A DNA stretch of 64,000 nucleotides from the NCBI GenBank assembly GCA_950097015.1, contig CATNEN010000003.1:5332001-5396000 (forward strand). Reading direction: 5' to 3'. Of this stretch, positions 62,633 to 64,000 are shown in pieces (positions within the stretch are counted from its first letter, which is position 1; each line of letters starts with the position of its first letter). The position numbers and the translations under genes were made by a program. The notes under the pieces were generated by a model. That model was not told the DNA's origin and ran no database searches. It worked only from the letters and a program-made list of their open reading frames with translations. Source of the DNA: Macrostomum hystrix (Eukaryota; Animalia; Platyhelminthes).

Positions 62633-63799
62633 TGTTATTACGCCAAAATATACGACAGCATCCTCAAAATCTACGGTAGCTACGGTACCACACAACTCTA
62701 TGCACTCCTAGTTGCAACAACTCTTTTATTTGTCCCGCATAGCTGCATTCAGTCGCTACAAAAATATGTCCTTTTATGGCCTGACATGACATGACATGTA
62801 CGTCTAAAACTTGTGCTGCTAAAAGCTCTATCACATTTCCTGCAGCAAATGCAGGTGCCTTAATGCAGGTGCATGGCTTTATGATGAAGCCAAGCTAGAA
62901 AGTACATTCTCTCTTAGCGGCAAGCAGCAGCGGCAACTGTTCTATTGCTTGAGAATGTTTCCGCGAAAGCCCAGTCAAGCCATTTTCTAGAAAAATAGGT
63001 TTGCATCGATGAGCAGCTTGTGGGAAAAAAACTTCTTTGAGATTTTTTCTGTCCCAGCTGAAAGAAGAATCTGGTTCTTGCTTTACTTCATTGTGACAAG
63101 TTTATTGCTTACAGTCCGTCATGCAAGAAAACTCATTCGATGTAGAAAAAAAGTCCAAAACTTTGTCAAGTCAACTTTTATCTCTACAATCCAATCTTCC
63201 ATTTTCCCCACATTTCGGTCTATCCTTAAATAGAGTCGCGTTTTTAACTGCTGCAAGCTAGCCAAGCAAAAATAAGTGAGTCTACTCAAGTTGGCCTGAA
63301 GTTCTCTTAAAAAACACCCTCACACACACACACTTACTCTCTCCATCTAAGCCCTAGGCATACAATTTTCCCAACTCTTCCCAATTCTATACGCTCTTTC
63401 TAGGAAAGCACTCTCATTTTTCCGGGCCAAGGCTGCCCCACCGTCCACTGAACTCAAAGCAATGGATTAAACGGTCCTAAAGTTGGAGAGAAGAGTGGGC
63501 CTGTGAGAGAGGATTTTTTTCCTATCCGAATCCGAAACTCTGCTCTTCGTGCATCTTCCCTTTTCGAGCCGCTAAAACTCATTGATTGGACTTGAAGCTG
63601 AGAACAGGACTCACTCGCTAACTAACAAACCCGTGTCTCTAAGCTTGACAACCATACCCCACTGATATATACATGTGAGATGCACTTGACTCAGTAAAGT
63701 ACTTGATTTGCTGGATATAGTAACCGAGATAAGTTTTAAATTTAATAAAAAAGTTGCGAAACAACAAATTTCAATGTTTATGCCCTTTTTTGTTTCCTC

Positions 63800-64000
63800 T
63801 ATTTTTCTCCCCTCTCCACTCTCTCCTCCCCCCCTCTCCTCTCCTCTCTCTGTTCTTTCCTCTCCCCTCTCCCCTCTCTCCTTTCTCCTCTTCCCACTCT
63901 CCTCTCCCCTTTCTCCTCTCCCCTCTCCCCTCTCCCCTCCCCCTCTCTCCTTTCTCCTCTTCCCAATCTCCTCTTCCCACTCTCCTCTCCCCTCTATCCT
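63800..64000. repeat. CT-rich low-complexity tract (runs off the window end)
   Basis: Pure pyrimidine runs. Confidence 0.85.

Noticed and set aside
59046-62794. 1179-aa and 1235-aa ORFs (and similar repeat ORFs at 2.1, 6.2, 21.2, 23.7, 32.3, 35.5, 43.8 and 53.3 kb)
   Set aside because: These are stop-free readings of minisatellites, often open on both strands or in several frames, and many lie inside introns of real genes.
62640-63700. Signal-peptide exon of the CUB gene
   Set aside because: No ATG-initiated hydrophobic exon ending in a phase-1 donor was found. It may lie beyond the window.

Overview
This is eukaryotic (invertebrate animal) genomic DNA with GT-AG introns. Minisatellite-filled introns and splice acceptors just upstream of start codons resemble a Macrostomum-type flatworm, but that is inference only. 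Seven host genes were reconstructed by hand with phase-consistent splice junctions: an orphan N-acylated (MGC-start) protein (-), SUMO E2 UBC9 (+), a UQCC4/CCSMST1-like mitochondrial protein (+), a claudin-like 4TM protein (-), a four-finger matrin/U1-type zinc-finger protein with an in-frame Q/P minisatellite (-), HGD (-), and a 5xCUB-LDLa-TM (LEV-10/SOL-1-like) gene whose 5' exon was not found (-). An intact, very young BEL/Pao LTR retrotransposon (44706-51466) has identical 254-bp LTRs, a CCAAT TSD and a tRNA-iMet PBS. It lies antisense inside a 23-bp minisatellite in a CUB-gene intron, and has a duplicated C-rich tract where the polypurine tract should be. There are two tRNA-derived SINE families and over 25 tandem arrays. 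Most long ORFs in the supplied track are artefacts of these arrays. Main points of interest: the PPT-less BEL 3' end, minisatellites in most larger introns with donor-like motifs facing antisense, acceptors 4-37 nt before all six locatable host start codons (possible SL trans-splicing/operon), arrays of YY1 and nuclear-receptor IR2 motifs, and a hairpin-rich divergent promoter island.
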